In this document: in pieces, positions 28,840 through 40,434 of the stretch
How positions within the stretch are numbered: position 1 is the first letter of the stretch
Layout: the number at the start of each line of letters is the position of its first letter
DNA from: an uncultured beta proteobacterium
Lineage (GTDB): Bacteria; Pseudomonadota; Gammaproteobacteria; Burkholderiales; Casimicrobiaceae
Length of the DNA: 64,000 nucleotides
Reading direction: 5' to 3'
Assembly: GCA_963805355.1 (NCBI GenBank)
Contig: CAWDTZ010000004.1
Location: 203,757-267,756 of the forward strand
Position numbers and translations under genes: made by a program
Notes under the pieces: generated by a model
Seen by the model: the letters and a program-made list of their open reading frames with translations, nothing else
Told to the model about the DNA's origin: nothing
Database searches by the model: none

Positions 28840-28853
28840 TTGATTTTGATCAA
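28840..28853. promoter_or_regulatory. perfect FNR/FixK box TTGATtttgATCAA
   Basis: 10/10 consensus. Its centre is about 91 nt upstream of the RegA-type gene start. Confidence 0.6.
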
Positions 28854-28876
28854 GCGCGCGGTGTGGACGCGGCAAC

Positions 28877-28907
28877 GGAAAAGGCCGGCATCGAGCCGGC
28901 CTTTTCC
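28877..28907. terminator. bidirectional rho-independent terminator
   Basis: GGAAAAGGCCGGC-atcga-GCCGGCCTTTTCC, a 13-bp perfect stem with an A/T-run on both sides. Lies 27 nt downstream of the cytochrome c stop. Confidence 0.8.
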
Positions 28908-28933
28908 ATTGTCCTGCGGGACGGACGCGTCGA

Positions 28934-29227
28934 CTACATCGCAAGAACCCACTTGACGAGCGACTTGACGTCGTCGGGGCTTGCCTTGACGGCCGGATGG
29001 CCCGTTGCTGCGGTGAGCTTGGCGACAAGCGTCGCTTCCGCGTCGGCCTTGCCCTTGTACTTGGCGGCGACGTCCTTGAACGACGGACCCATTTTCTTGG
29101 CATCCACCGCATGACAATTGAGACAGCCACTCTTCTTGGCGAGGGCCTCCTGGGCATTGGCCGTGCCCGCGGCCGCAAGGCCAAACGATACGGCAATGAT
29201 CATGCCGGTAAACAGGTTCAACTTCAT
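28934..29227 (-). CDS. periplasmic monohaem class I cytochrome c
   Basis: Starts at ATG 29227. Signal peptide MKLNLFTGMIIAVSFGLAAAGTANA, a single CLNCH, and MGPSFKDVAAKY. 97 aa. Confidence 0.85.
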   Translation of the reverse strand: MKLNLFTGMIIAVSFGLAAAGTANAQEALAKKSGCLNCHAVDAKKMGPSFKDVAAKYKGKADAEATLVAKLTAATGHPAVKASPDDVKSLVKWVLAM

Positions 29228-29449
29228 GATTGCTTCTCCCTTGCTCGAATAGGTGGGTCTTGAGTTTATGCCCGCACGCTGCACGCCATTCTATGTTAAC
29301 GCATGGTGCCCGGTTCCGGTTGTCATGACATCCGGCGCGCGGCGTGTCGGGATGCGACATATTGCCGCGTTTTCCGGCCGTGGCACGCGGTATGCGGGTC
29401 GCGCCGAACCTTGCGTCCGAAGGTGTCGGCAGGGATACTTTCTGCCAGC

Positions 29450-29950
29450 ATGCCTCGGGGAGCGCGCGTGGATGTGCGAAAGTCGGCGCTGGTCGAGCAT
29501 TCCGCCAGCGAGATGTTCGACCTGATCGAAGGCGCCGAGCATTACGGTGATTTCCTGCCATGGTGCACGGGTGCGACCATCATCGAGCGCGATGATACGG
29601 TGGTGATCGCGCGCATTGCGGTCAAGTACCGCGGTATCGCGTTCAGTTTCACGACGCGCAACCCCAAGCAGCGTCCGCACTGGATGGCCATCCACCTCGA
29701 GAACGGTCCGTTCAGCGCGTTCGAAGGCGAGTGGCGGCTGCGGGAGCTGGCGCCCGACGCCTGCAAGGTCGAATTCGCATTGCACTACGAGTTCGACCAT
29801 CGCCTGGTCGGCCGGTTTGCGGCGCCGGTATTCGACGGCATTGCGCGTACGATGATCGATGCATTCGTGCTGCGCGCGGATCGGGTTCTGCCGGTCCGCC
29901 CGCCACCGCTTGCGCGCGGCAATTTTCCCGACGATGGAGGTTCATCATGA
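29450..29950 (+). CDS. SRPBCC/RatA-like (CoQ-binding START-fold) protein
   Basis: VDVRKSALVEHSASEMFDLIEGAEHYGDFLPWC matches the RatA/Coq10-type N-terminus. GTG 29468 (GGGAG 5 nt upstream) is an equally plausible start. Confidence 0.7.
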   Translation: MPRGARVDVRKSALVEHSASEMFDLIEGAEHYGDFLPWCTGATIIERDDTVVIARIAVKYRGIAFSFTTRNPKQRPHWMAIHLENGPFSAFEGEWRLRELAPDACKVEFALHYEFDHRLVGRFAAPVFDGIARTMIDAFVLRADRVLPVRPPPLARGNFPDDGGSS

Positions 29951-30432
29951 CCGAGCAAGTTGATTTCGATGCTTTGCGCACCTCCCGACTTGGAGCCGAG
30001 CTGACCGACGCGCAGGCGCGCACGCTCGCGGGCATCGTCACCTTTCGCGATCTGCCAACCGGCACGGTGCTGGTTCCGGAAGGTGCGGCCGACGATCACC
30101 TTTACGTCATTGTCAGCGGCGTACTCGGCGTGGTGCGCAATGCGGGCAGGGAGGATGAAATCACGCTGGTTTCGCTGGGTACCGGCGACTTGGTCGGCGA
30201 GCTCGGCTTCATCGACGGATCGCCGCACTACGCGGCGCTGGTGGCCACCAGCCCCACCCGCGTGTTTGGACTCGAGCGCGCAAAGCTGGAGTCGTTACTG
30301 CAGGTCCATCCGGAAATCGTCTATCGCGTGATGCGGGCGATCATCCGCACTGTGCATCAGATCCAGCGTCGCCTTTCGATGCAGTCGGTGGAGCTTGCCA
30401 ACTATATCTACAAGCAGCACGGCAGGTATTAG
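29947..30432 (+). CDS. stand-alone cyclic-nucleotide-binding (CAP effector) domain protein
   Basis: The ATG overlaps the upstream stop (ATGA). GDLVGELGFIDGSPHYAALVA beta-roll/phosphate-binding-cassette-like region. No HTH. 161 aa. Confidence 0.8.
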   Translation: MTEQVDFDALRTSRLGAELTDAQARTLAGIVTFRDLPTGTVLVPEGAADDHLYVIVSGVLGVVRNAGREDEITLVSLGTGDLVGELGFIDGSPHYAALVATSPTRVFGLERAKLESLLQVHPEIVYRVMRAIIRTVHQIQRRLSMQSVELANYIYKQHGRY

Positions 30433-30538
30433 CACGGCAGTCCTCGATTGCTTATTGCGCCTTCGCCGCATTCGCGCGACATGCCGACGATGCATTGTTG
30501 CAACAGTTCCGCCCCTGCTGTAACAACTTTGCCTGCGC

Positions 30539-30552
30539 TTGATATAGATCAA
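30539..30552. promoter_or_regulatory. perfect FNR/FixK box TTGATatagATCAA upstream of the decahaem gene
   Basis: 10/10 consensus. A candidate -10 (AAGAAT, 30574-30579) places the box centre near -41.5 (class II geometry). Confidence 0.65.
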
Positions 30553-30678
30553 GGCAGCCAATCTGACGACGGCAAGAATGTCCCAACGATGTCGCCGGCC
30601 CTGGCGAAGCTGATGCCGTAACAAGCGGCGCAGGCAGGCGCCGGTCGCGGCCGGGATGGCTTAAACGGAGGCAGGGAC

Positions 30679-31623
30679 ATGCGCTTGGAACTCAATACGC
30701 TGACGCGCTGGCTGGCGGTTCTGGCGACCGCCCTGATCGTGCTTCCGGCCACAGCCCAGCAGCCGCCGGCGGCCAAGGACAATGTCTGCCTGACCTGCCA
30801 CGCGGATGCCATGAAGGGGATGGCCACATCGAAGCATGCCGTCACCGGGGATGCGCGCACGCCGTTCGGCAGCGGGCAGGGATGCCAGGCCTGCCACGTC
30901 AACGCCGAAGAGCATCTCAAGGATCCGACGAAGTCGAAGCCGATGACCTTCGCCAAGTCGCTGCCGGGGCATGATCGCAGCGAGCCGTGCCTGACCTGCC
31001 ACAAGGGCGGCACCAAGATTCACTGGGCGGGCAGCGCGCATGACCGTAACGACATCGCCTGCAACGACTGCCACAAGGCGCATGCAGCGAAGGATCAGGT
31101 GCTGGTTGCCGCGACGCAGGCCGGCGTCTGCTTCGACTGCCACAAGAACGTGCGCGCCGCCACGCTGAGTGCATCCACCCATCCGCTCAAGACGGGATGG
31201 ATGCCGTGTTCGTCCTGTCATCAGCCGCACGGCTCGGTCGGCCCCGCCAATCTCATCAAGAACACGGTCAACGACACCTGCTATACGTGCCATGCGGAAA
31301 AGCGCGGCCCGTTCCTGTGGGAACACCCGCCGGCGCGTGAAGACTGCGCCAACTGCCATGCCCCGCACGGCTCGAACAACGCGCCGATGCTGGTGGCCCG
31401 CGGTCCCTTCCTGTGCCAGCAGTGTCACCAGAATCCGTTCCATCCGAGCACGGTCTACAGCGGCAACAATCTGCCGCCGTATTCGATACCCAATCAGGAT
31501 CCGAACAAGTCGCCGATAGCGGGTGCGCCTTCCGGCGACAAGATGCTGGGCCAGAACTGCGCGAATTGCCACACGAAGGTCCACGGCAGCAACCACCCGT
31601 CCGGCGCGCGCTTTACGCGCTGA
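30679..31623 (+). CDS. mtoA: periplasmic decahaem c-type cytochrome, MtrA/DmsE/MtoA/PioA family
   Basis: Signal peptide and ten CXXCH motifs in 314 aa (CLTCH, CQACH, CLTCH, CNDCH, CFDCH, CSSCH, CYTCH, CANCH, CQQCH, CANCH). GGAGG RBS. Confidence 0.9.
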   Translation: MRLELNTLTRWLAVLATALIVLPATAQQPPAAKDNVCLTCHADAMKGMATSKHAVTGDARTPFGSGQGCQACHVNAEEHLKDPTKSKPMTFAKSLPGHDRSEPCLTCHKGGTKIHWAGSAHDRNDIACNDCHKAHAAKDQVLVAATQAGVCFDCHKNVRAATLSASTHPLKTGWMPCSSCHQPHGSVGPANLIKNTVNDTCYTCHAEKRGPFLWEHPPAREDCANCHAPHGSNNAPMLVARGPFLCQQCHQNPFHPSTVYSGNNLPPYSIPNQDPNKSPIAGAPSGDKMLGQNCANCHTKVHGSNHPSGARFTR

Positions 31624-31660
31624 CCGAGCTACCTTGAACCGCTGGAAGAAAGGTCAAGAC

Positions 31661-34069
31661 ATGAATGCGGTGAAATGCAAGGGATCGTTCATGAGGAAGC
31701 CGCTGGCCACGGCCATCGCGCTACTGGTCGTGGCGCCGGGGATGGCGCTATCCGAGCCGCTGTTCCAGGTGCCGCTCTATGGCAACGCAGACATGACCCG
31801 GTACGAGACCAATAACGTCGAGCTCGGGATCGGCTACAACGACGTCAGTGGCGACGGCTACAAGTTCGGCGAGTTCTCGGGGCTGTACAAGAAGGATCCA
31901 TTCGCGATCGGCAACTTCAACTGGGCGCAGCGCGACCTTGCCACGGGTGGATTCGGCAACGCCTGGGGATGGAATCTCGGGCTGCCATCACGCCAGTTGG
32001 GCGGCGCCTTCGGTACCCAAGGCAAGTGGAAGGTCAACGCCGAGTTCGACCAGCTCACGCACTACGACACCAATTCGGCCAGCTTCATCCATCAGGGACT
32101 CGGCTCCAACAATCTCACGCTGCCCGCCGGCTTTGCGGGTATCACTGCCGGCAACTCGCAGCCGCCGTCCAACGTCACGGAGATCAACAAGTATCTCGAA
32201 GGCGGGTATGGCATCAAGGTCGACCGCGACTTCCTGAAAGTCGGCGGCGGCTACGCCTTTGGCGGCAAATGGGAATTGACCGGCAAATATGACTACCAGA
32301 AGCGCGACGGCACCAAGCTCACCGGTTCGGTGATCGGCAGTTCCGGCGGCAATCCGCGCGCGGCCCTCCTGCCGTCCCCGGTCAACGACAACACGCAGCA
32401 GATCGACATCGGGCTGGGATATACCTCCGATGTCGCGCAATTCAACATCAGCTACTGGTACTCGAAGTATTCCAACGACGAATCCACGTTCAATTGGCAG
32501 AATCCGTTCGCGAACCAGACGGGACTCTGGCAGGCGGGATCCGGGGTCGGATTCTCGACCGGTTACGGCAGCATGTCGCTGGCGCCGGACAACGACTTCC
32601 AGCAGGTCCAGGCAACGGGTGCCTACAATTTCACGCCCACCACGCGCCTGACCGGTACCTTTGCCTATGGCGTGGGACGCCAGAACCAGTCCTATGATCC
32701 ATACACCATCAACGTGGCGCCGCGGGTGTCGCCCGGTCTGTCGGTGCCGATCGGGTTGCCGCAGGGTTCGCTCGACGGCAAGATCGAGAACACGTTGTTC
32801 GACCTCACGCTGACCTCACGGCCCATCGCCCGGCTGAACCTTCGGCTCAATTATCACTACAACGACCACAACAACAAGACACCGGAGAATCAATATCTCT
32901 ACGTCGGCGGCGACTCGGCCAACCAGCCGGCCGTGCCGCCCGGGCAGGTGGCCAACCAGGTCGCCTCCGGTGCGATCCGCACGAACCTGCCTCCTGGAAC
33001 GACCGAAAACAAGTTCACGATCGACGCGGACTATCCCATCGCGCGCGGAACCACCGTGCGGGCCTGGTACAACTATCTCAAGACCGACTACAGCGTCGGC
33101 GCCGACGAACTGCGCTACGACACCAACGTCAACACGCTCGGGCTCGAATTGCGGTCCCGCGCCAACGAACTTGTTTCAGGCTTCGTCAAGTACCAGTACG
33201 ACCAACGCCGAGGTTCCGACTTCGACCAGAATCGTCCCTACGACGCCAGCTACACGCCGGCACAGGTGGCGGGCACGCCCTTCGACAACCTGCCCACATT
33301 GCGCCAGTACTACGTCGCGAATTACGACCAGGACGGGATCAAGGCCAACGTTTCCCTCACTCCAAGCGGCCCCGTGACGTTCTCGCTGCAGGCCAACTGG
33401 TACGAGCGCAAGTACAACGGGCCCGATTGCGGCGGCCCCAACGACCAGCTGGTGCTGCCCGCGGTCTTTCCGTCGCAATGCCAGGGCCTCCAGAACCAGA
33501 CGGGCCAGTCGTATACCTTCGATGCGCAATACGTGCCGATGGAGGCCGTCAATCTGTACGCGTTCTACACGTGGTCGCAACTCGAGCAGAACCAGGACGG
33601 GCGGCAATACAGCGGCGGAGGTTCGCTGGTGTCGCAGTCGACCGACGCCAACCGCAACTGGTCGGTCAACACCCAGAGCGCCGACAACGCGGTGGGTATC
33701 GGCGGCAAATACGCGCCGGCGGACAAGCCCTATGACGTCGGTTTCCAGTACCTCTACAGTCAGGGCGTGACCAGCACCAGTCCGTTTGCGGCGGCGGGGC
33801 TGACCAACGCTTCCACCGGGGCATTGGGCGCCAGCGCCGTTCCCGACGTGAAGAACACGCTGAATTCGTTCCAGCTCTTCGGCAAGTACAAGTACAGCAA
33901 GAACCTGCTGTTCCGCGCCAACTACTGGTACCAGCAACTGAGCGCCGATAACTGGGCGTACGACGGCGCGACGCCTACGTCGAGCAATAACGTTCTGCTC
34001 ACCGGGCAGTCGACGCCGAACTACACTGCCAACGTGTTCGGCATCTCGCTCGCGTACACGAACTGGTAG
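31661..34069 (+). CDS. mtoB: MtrB/PioB/MtoB-family outer-membrane beta-barrel (porin partner of the decahaem cytochrome)
   Basis: About 800 aa with a signal peptide and alternating Gly/aromatic/Asn-rich beta-strand composition. The C-terminal residue is aromatic (..LAYTNW). Lies directly downstream of the decahaem gene, and its size matches PioB/MtoB rather than the shorter MtrB. Confidence 0.8.
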   Translation: MNAVKCKGSFMRKPLATAIALLVVAPGMALSEPLFQVPLYGNADMTRYETNNVELGIGYNDVSGDGYKFGEFSGLYKKDPFAIGNFNWAQRDLATGGFGNAWGWNLGLPSRQLGGAFGTQGKWKVNAEFDQLTHYDTNSASFIHQGLGSNNLTLPAGFAGITAGNSQPPSNVTEINKYLEGGYGIKVDRDFLKVGGGYAFGGKWELTGKYDYQKRDGTKLTGSVIGSSGGNPRAALLPSPVNDNTQQIDIGLGYTSDVAQFNISYWYSKYSNDESTFNWQNPFANQTGLWQAGSGVGFSTGYGSMSLAPDNDFQQVQATGAYNFTPTTRLTGTFAYGVGRQNQSYDPYTINVAPRVSPGLSVPIGLPQGSLDGKIENTLFDLTLTSRPIARLNLRLNYHYNDHNNKTPENQYLYVGGDSANQPAVPPGQVANQVASGAIRTNLPPGTTENKFTIDADYPIARGTTVRAWYNYLKTDYSVGADELRYDTNVNTLGLELRSRANELVSGFVKYQYDQRRGSDFDQNRPYDASYTPAQVAGTPFDNLPTLRQYYVANYDQDGIKANVSLTPSGPVTFSLQANWYERKYNGPDCGGPNDQLVLPAVFPSQCQGLQNQTGQSYTFDAQYVPMEAVNLYAFYTWSQLEQNQDGRQYSGGGSLVSQSTDANRNWSVNTQSADNAVGIGGKYAPADKPYDVGFQYLYSQGVTSTSPFAAAGLTNASTGALGASAVPDVKNTLNSFQLFGKYKYSKNLLFRANYWYQQLSADNWAYDGATPTSSNNVLLTGQSTPNYTANVFGISLAYTNW

Positions 34070-34100
34070 TCCTGCCGAGCCGCCCGCCGAGTTGAGAGGC

Positions 34101-36956
<2,856 letters not shown>

Positions 36957-37034
36957 CGTCTTCCCTCTGGCACGGCGTGACTACACCGCCCACGCCGCGC
37001 CACTGCAACCTACTACCGCGCATGCTCGTCCAGT

Positions 37035-37048
37035 TTGATGCAGGTCAC
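37035..37048. promoter_or_regulatory. weak FNR-like box TTGATgcagGTCAC
   Basis: 8/10 match, about 85 nt upstream of the 951-aa dehydrogenase start. Confidence 0.25.
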
Positions 37049-37119
37049 GTGCGCATGCGTTAGGGGCGGCCCCGCCGAATCCGGGCCACGGGCTCGACCC
37101 TTTGGAGTTTTGCGCTGCG

Positions 37120-37133
37120 TTGATCCATGTCAA
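37120..37133. promoter_or_regulatory. FNR/FixK-type box TTGATccatGTCAA upstream of nuoA
   Basis: 9/10 match, about 100 nt upstream of the nuoA ATG. A possible -10 (TACTGT) sits at 37156. Confidence 0.5.
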
Positions 37134-37232
37134 ACGGGCCGGAGGAGGAGGCGCCTACTGTACGCAAACACGGAAAGGCGCGCGAGACGCCGGTGACATG
37201 AACCGTGATAACAGGGATGGGCTGCACGCTGC

Positions 37233-37610
37233 ATGGATACCACGGTCAACCCTTACGTCGTTTTCCTGCTTTACATGGGGGCCATCCTGTCCTTTGTCGC
37301 CATCACGCTGGCGATGAACTACATGCTCGGCCCCAAGCCCGTCGGCTCCGCGCTGAAAATGGAACCTTTCGAGTGCGGCGCCACGCCCGTCGACATTCGC
37401 AACATCAAGGCGGTTCCGATCAAGTACTACGGCGTGGCGATTGCCTTCATGCTGTTCGACCTTGAAACCGTATTCCTGTTCATCTGGGCGCTGGGGGCGC
37501 AGCCCTTGACGAGCTTCATGCTGGCGACGTTCGGCATCTTCATCTTCCTGCTGGTGCTGATCCTGCTCTATGTCTACAAGGCCCGGCTGCTCGAGGCCGT
37601 CACGGAGTAG
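37233..37610 (+). CDS. nuoA: NADH:quinone oxidoreductase subunit A
   Basis: 3 TM and the EPFECG motif (KMEPFECGATP). Confidence 0.9.
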   Translation: MDTTVNPYVVFLLYMGAILSFVAITLAMNYMLGPKPVGSALKMEPFECGATPVDIRNIKAVPIKYYGVAIAFMLFDLETVFLFIWALGAQPLTSFMLATFGIFIFLLVLILLYVYKARLLEAVTE

Positions 37611-37612
37611 CC

Positions 37613-38134
37613 ATGGCATTCACGCCCATTCCGATTCCCATCCATGCCGCCGGCGGCAAGTCCGCCGCGTTCGAATACCTCACCACCAAGAAGGACGAGC
37701 TGGTGGGCTGGGCGCGCAAGTTCTCGCTGTTTCCCTATCCGTTCGTCACCGCCTGTTGCGCGATGGAATTCATGGCGGTCAGCTCGTCGCCCTACGACAC
37801 CGACCGTTTCGGTGCCGCGTTGCCGCGGTTCTCGCCGCGCCAGGCCGACCTGCTGATGGTCGTGGGCACGGTGACGCACAAGCAGGCACCGGTCCTGTAC
37901 CGGGTCTACGAGCAGATGTGCGAGCCGAAATGGGTGATGGCGTTCGGGGTCTGTGCCACCAGCGGCGGGTTCTACCAGAACTACGCCGCCGTGCAGGGCA
38001 TCGACAAGATCATCCCGGTGGACGTCTACGTGCCCGGGTGTCCGCCGCGTCCGGAGATGGTGATTGACGGCATCATGCAGCTGCAGGACAAGATCGCCCG
38101 GTCCCGGCACCCCATCTTGACGCAGGACTTCTGA
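37613..38134 (+). CDS. nuoB: NADH:quinone oxidoreductase subunit B
   Basis: N2 cluster ligands (CCAMEFM, GVCATSGG, PGCPP). Confidence 0.95.
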   Translation: MAFTPIPIPIHAAGGKSAAFEYLTTKKDELVGWARKFSLFPYPFVTACCAMEFMAVSSSPYDTDRFGAALPRFSPRQADLLMVVGTVTHKQAPVLYRVYEQMCEPKWVMAFGVCATSGGFYQNYAAVQGIDKIIPVDVYVPGCPPRPEMVIDGIMQLQDKIARSRHPILTQDF

Positions 38135-38604
38135 TGGCGGCCATCCTGGAGCGCCTGCGGCAGCGTCTTTCGTCAATGGACTGCGCGGTGACCGGGGCGC
38201 ATGGCATGACGGTGGTGTCCTTGCCACCGTCGCAATTGATCGAAGTGGTGATGGTGCTGAAGGACGAGTTCCAGTTCGATCTGTTTCTCGACGTCACGGC
38301 CATCGACTGGCTGCCCCGGCTACCGCGCTTCGAGGTAGTCCACCACTTCTATTCCACCGCGCACTTCGTACGGGTTCGACTGAAGACGGTGGTGCCCGAC
38401 GCCGATCCGACGGTGGCGTCGCTGGTGCCGCTCTATGGGTCGGCCGGCATCATGGAACGCGAGTGCCACGACATGTACGGCATCGGATTCAATGGCAATG
38501 CCGACATGCGGCCCATTCTGCTGTACGAGGGCTTCGTCGGGCATCCACTGCGCAAGGACTATCCGAAACTGCGGGAACAGCCGCTGGTTCCGTATCGCAA
38601 GTGA
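38134..38604 (+). CDS. nuoC: NADH:quinone oxidoreductase subunit C (short, 156 aa)
   Basis: TAIDWLPRLPRFEVVHHF...ERECHDMYGIGF. The ATG overlaps the nuoB stop. Confidence 0.85.
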   Translation: MAAILERLRQRLSSMDCAVTGAHGMTVVSLPPSQLIEVVMVLKDEFQFDLFLDVTAIDWLPRLPRFEVVHHFYSTAHFVRVRLKTVVPDADPTVASLVPLYGSAGIMERECHDMYGIGFNGNADMRPILLYEGFVGHPLRKDYPKLREQPLVPYRK

Positions 38605-38625
38605 GCGGAAGCGAGGACATCGTTC

Positions 38626-39867
38626 ATGGCCCCCCTCGACGCCAAGCCGCCCGAATTCACGGTGCCGAACCCGGTGCGTCCGGCGTTCGACACGACGGGC
38701 CACGATGACCACGTCATCGTCAATATCGGCCCATCGCACCCGGCCACGCACGGCACCGTGCAGATCATCGCTGAACTCGACGGCGAACGCGTGGTGCGCA
38801 CCGACGTGCATTGTGGCTACCTGCACCGCGGCTTCGAGAAGGAATGCGAATCCCACACCTGGCACAACCTCATTCCGTATGTGGATCGCCTCAACTATGT
38901 GTCGGCCCTGATCAACGACTTTGCCTACTGCGAGGCCGTGGAAACGCTTGCGGGGATCACGATCACGCCGCGGTGCCGGCATCTGCGCACACTGCTGTCG
39001 GAGTATTCACGCGTCGTCGACCACCTGACCTGCATCGCGGCCGGGCTCATGGAACTGGGCGCCATGACGGCATTCCTGTACCTGGTGATGGTCCGCGACT
39101 ACATGTACGAGCACCTTGCCGCACTGACCGGCGCGCGCGTGACCTACACCTACGGCCGCATCGGCGGCCTGGCGCGCGACCTGCCCGACGGCTGGCTCGC
39201 GCGACTCGAGGTCATCCTGGACCAGTACGAGGATTTCGTCGGCCGCGTGCATGGGCTGATGGATCGCAACCGCATCTTCATCGACCGCATGCGCAACGTC
39301 GGCGTGATCTCGACTGCCGACGCGATCAACTGGGGCTATACAGGCGTAATCCTCCGGTCCACCGGCGCGCCGCGGGACCTGCGCCGGGACACGCCGTACC
39401 TCGCCTATGCGGACCTGGACTTTGACGTGCCGGTAGGGATCAACGGCGATAACTATGACCGCTACTACGTCCGGATGTGCGAGATGGACGAGTCGGTGCA
39501 CATGATCCGGCAGTTGATCGACACGCTTCCCACCGGTCCGATCAATGTGGACGATTATCGCTTCACGCTACCCGAGAAGCATCTCGTCTATGCAGAGATC
39601 GAATCGCTGATCAACCATTTCAAGCTGGTGATGGACGGCCCGCAGGTACCGGCGGGCGATGCCTACGCCGCGCACGAATCGCCCAACGGCGAACTGGGTT
39701 TCTACATCGTCAGCACGGGTGGAGGCATCCCGGCCAAGGTGCACGTGCGCGCCCCGAGCTTCGTGCACATGGGCGGCGCGCACCGGATGCTCGACGGCTA
39801 CCAGCTTGCGGACATCGTGCCGACTTTCGGCTCGATCAACATGATCGGCGGGGAGTGCGACCGATGA
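38626..39867 (+). CDS. nuoD: NADH:quinone oxidoreductase subunit D
   Basis: NIGPSHPATHGT, HCGYLHRGFEK and a C-terminal GSINMIGGECDR. Confidence 0.95.
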   Translation: MAPLDAKPPEFTVPNPVRPAFDTTGHDDHVIVNIGPSHPATHGTVQIIAELDGERVVRTDVHCGYLHRGFEKECESHTWHNLIPYVDRLNYVSALINDFAYCEAVETLAGITITPRCRHLRTLLSEYSRVVDHLTCIAAGLMELGAMTAFLYLVMVRDYMYEHLAALTGARVTYTYGRIGGLARDLPDGWLARLEVILDQYEDFVGRVHGLMDRNRIFIDRMRNVGVISTADAINWGYTGVILRSTGAPRDLRRDTPYLAYADLDFDVPVGINGDNYDRYYVRMCEMDESVHMIRQLIDTLPTGPINVDDYRFTLPEKHLVYAEIESLINHFKLVMDGPQVPAGDAYAAHESPNGELGFYIVSTGGGIPAKVHVRAPSFVHMGGAHRMLDGYQLADIVPTFGSINMIGGECDR

Positions 39868-39919
39868 CTGCGCGGACGGGTGGTGGTGACCGCATGGGTG
39901 CGCCGATGGTGGAGAGGCA

Positions 39920-40390
39920 ATGAAGCACCTCATCCCGGAATTCGAAAAACTGAAGGCCCGCTTCCCCGCGGGCTTCGAGTCCTCGCTCGTGCTGCCCTGC
40001 GTGCGCCGCATCCAGGAGGATCGCGGTTTCGTGGCCGAGGCCGACATCGACGGCCTGGTCGAATACCTCGGCGTTCCCCGCATCCAGATCGAGGAAGTGC
40101 TGTCCTACTACACGCAGTTCCGGCGCGCGCCCATCGGCCGCTGGCATCTCCAGGCCTGCCGCAACGTCACCTGCTCGATGCGCAGCGCGGAGCGTCTCAT
40201 CGATCACCTTTCGGAGCGGCTGGGCGTCGCGCCCGGGCAGACCACACCCGACGGCGCCTTCACCCTTTCCACGGCCGAGTGCCTCGGCTCGTGCGGTACC
40301 GCGCCGGTGGTCATGGTCAATGACACGTATCACGAGAACATGAGCGTCGAGAAACTCGACCGGCTGCTCGAAGATTTGAAGGGGTCGTGA
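39920..40390 (+). CDS. nuoE: NADH:quinone oxidoreductase subunit E
   Basis: 2Fe-2S ligands (QACRNVTC...ECLGSCGTAP). Confidence 0.9.
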   Translation: MKHLIPEFEKLKARFPAGFESSLVLPCVRRIQEDRGFVAEADIDGLVEYLGVPRIQIEEVLSYYTQFRRAPIGRWHLQACRNVTCSMRSAERLIDHLSERLGVAPGQTTPDGAFTLSTAECLGSCGTAPVVMVNDTYHENMSVEKLDRLLEDLKGS

Positions 40391-40434
40391 TGCGCCATCC
40401 CGGCAAGCGTGCGATGTGGCGGAGGCTTGGTTAG

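Noticed and set aside
29321-29330. 10-bp palindrome TGTCATGACA between the cytochrome c and ratA-like genes
   Set aside because: It is short, isolated and matches no motif I can name. It does not fit TTGAT-N4-ATCAA. The evidence is insufficient for a site call.
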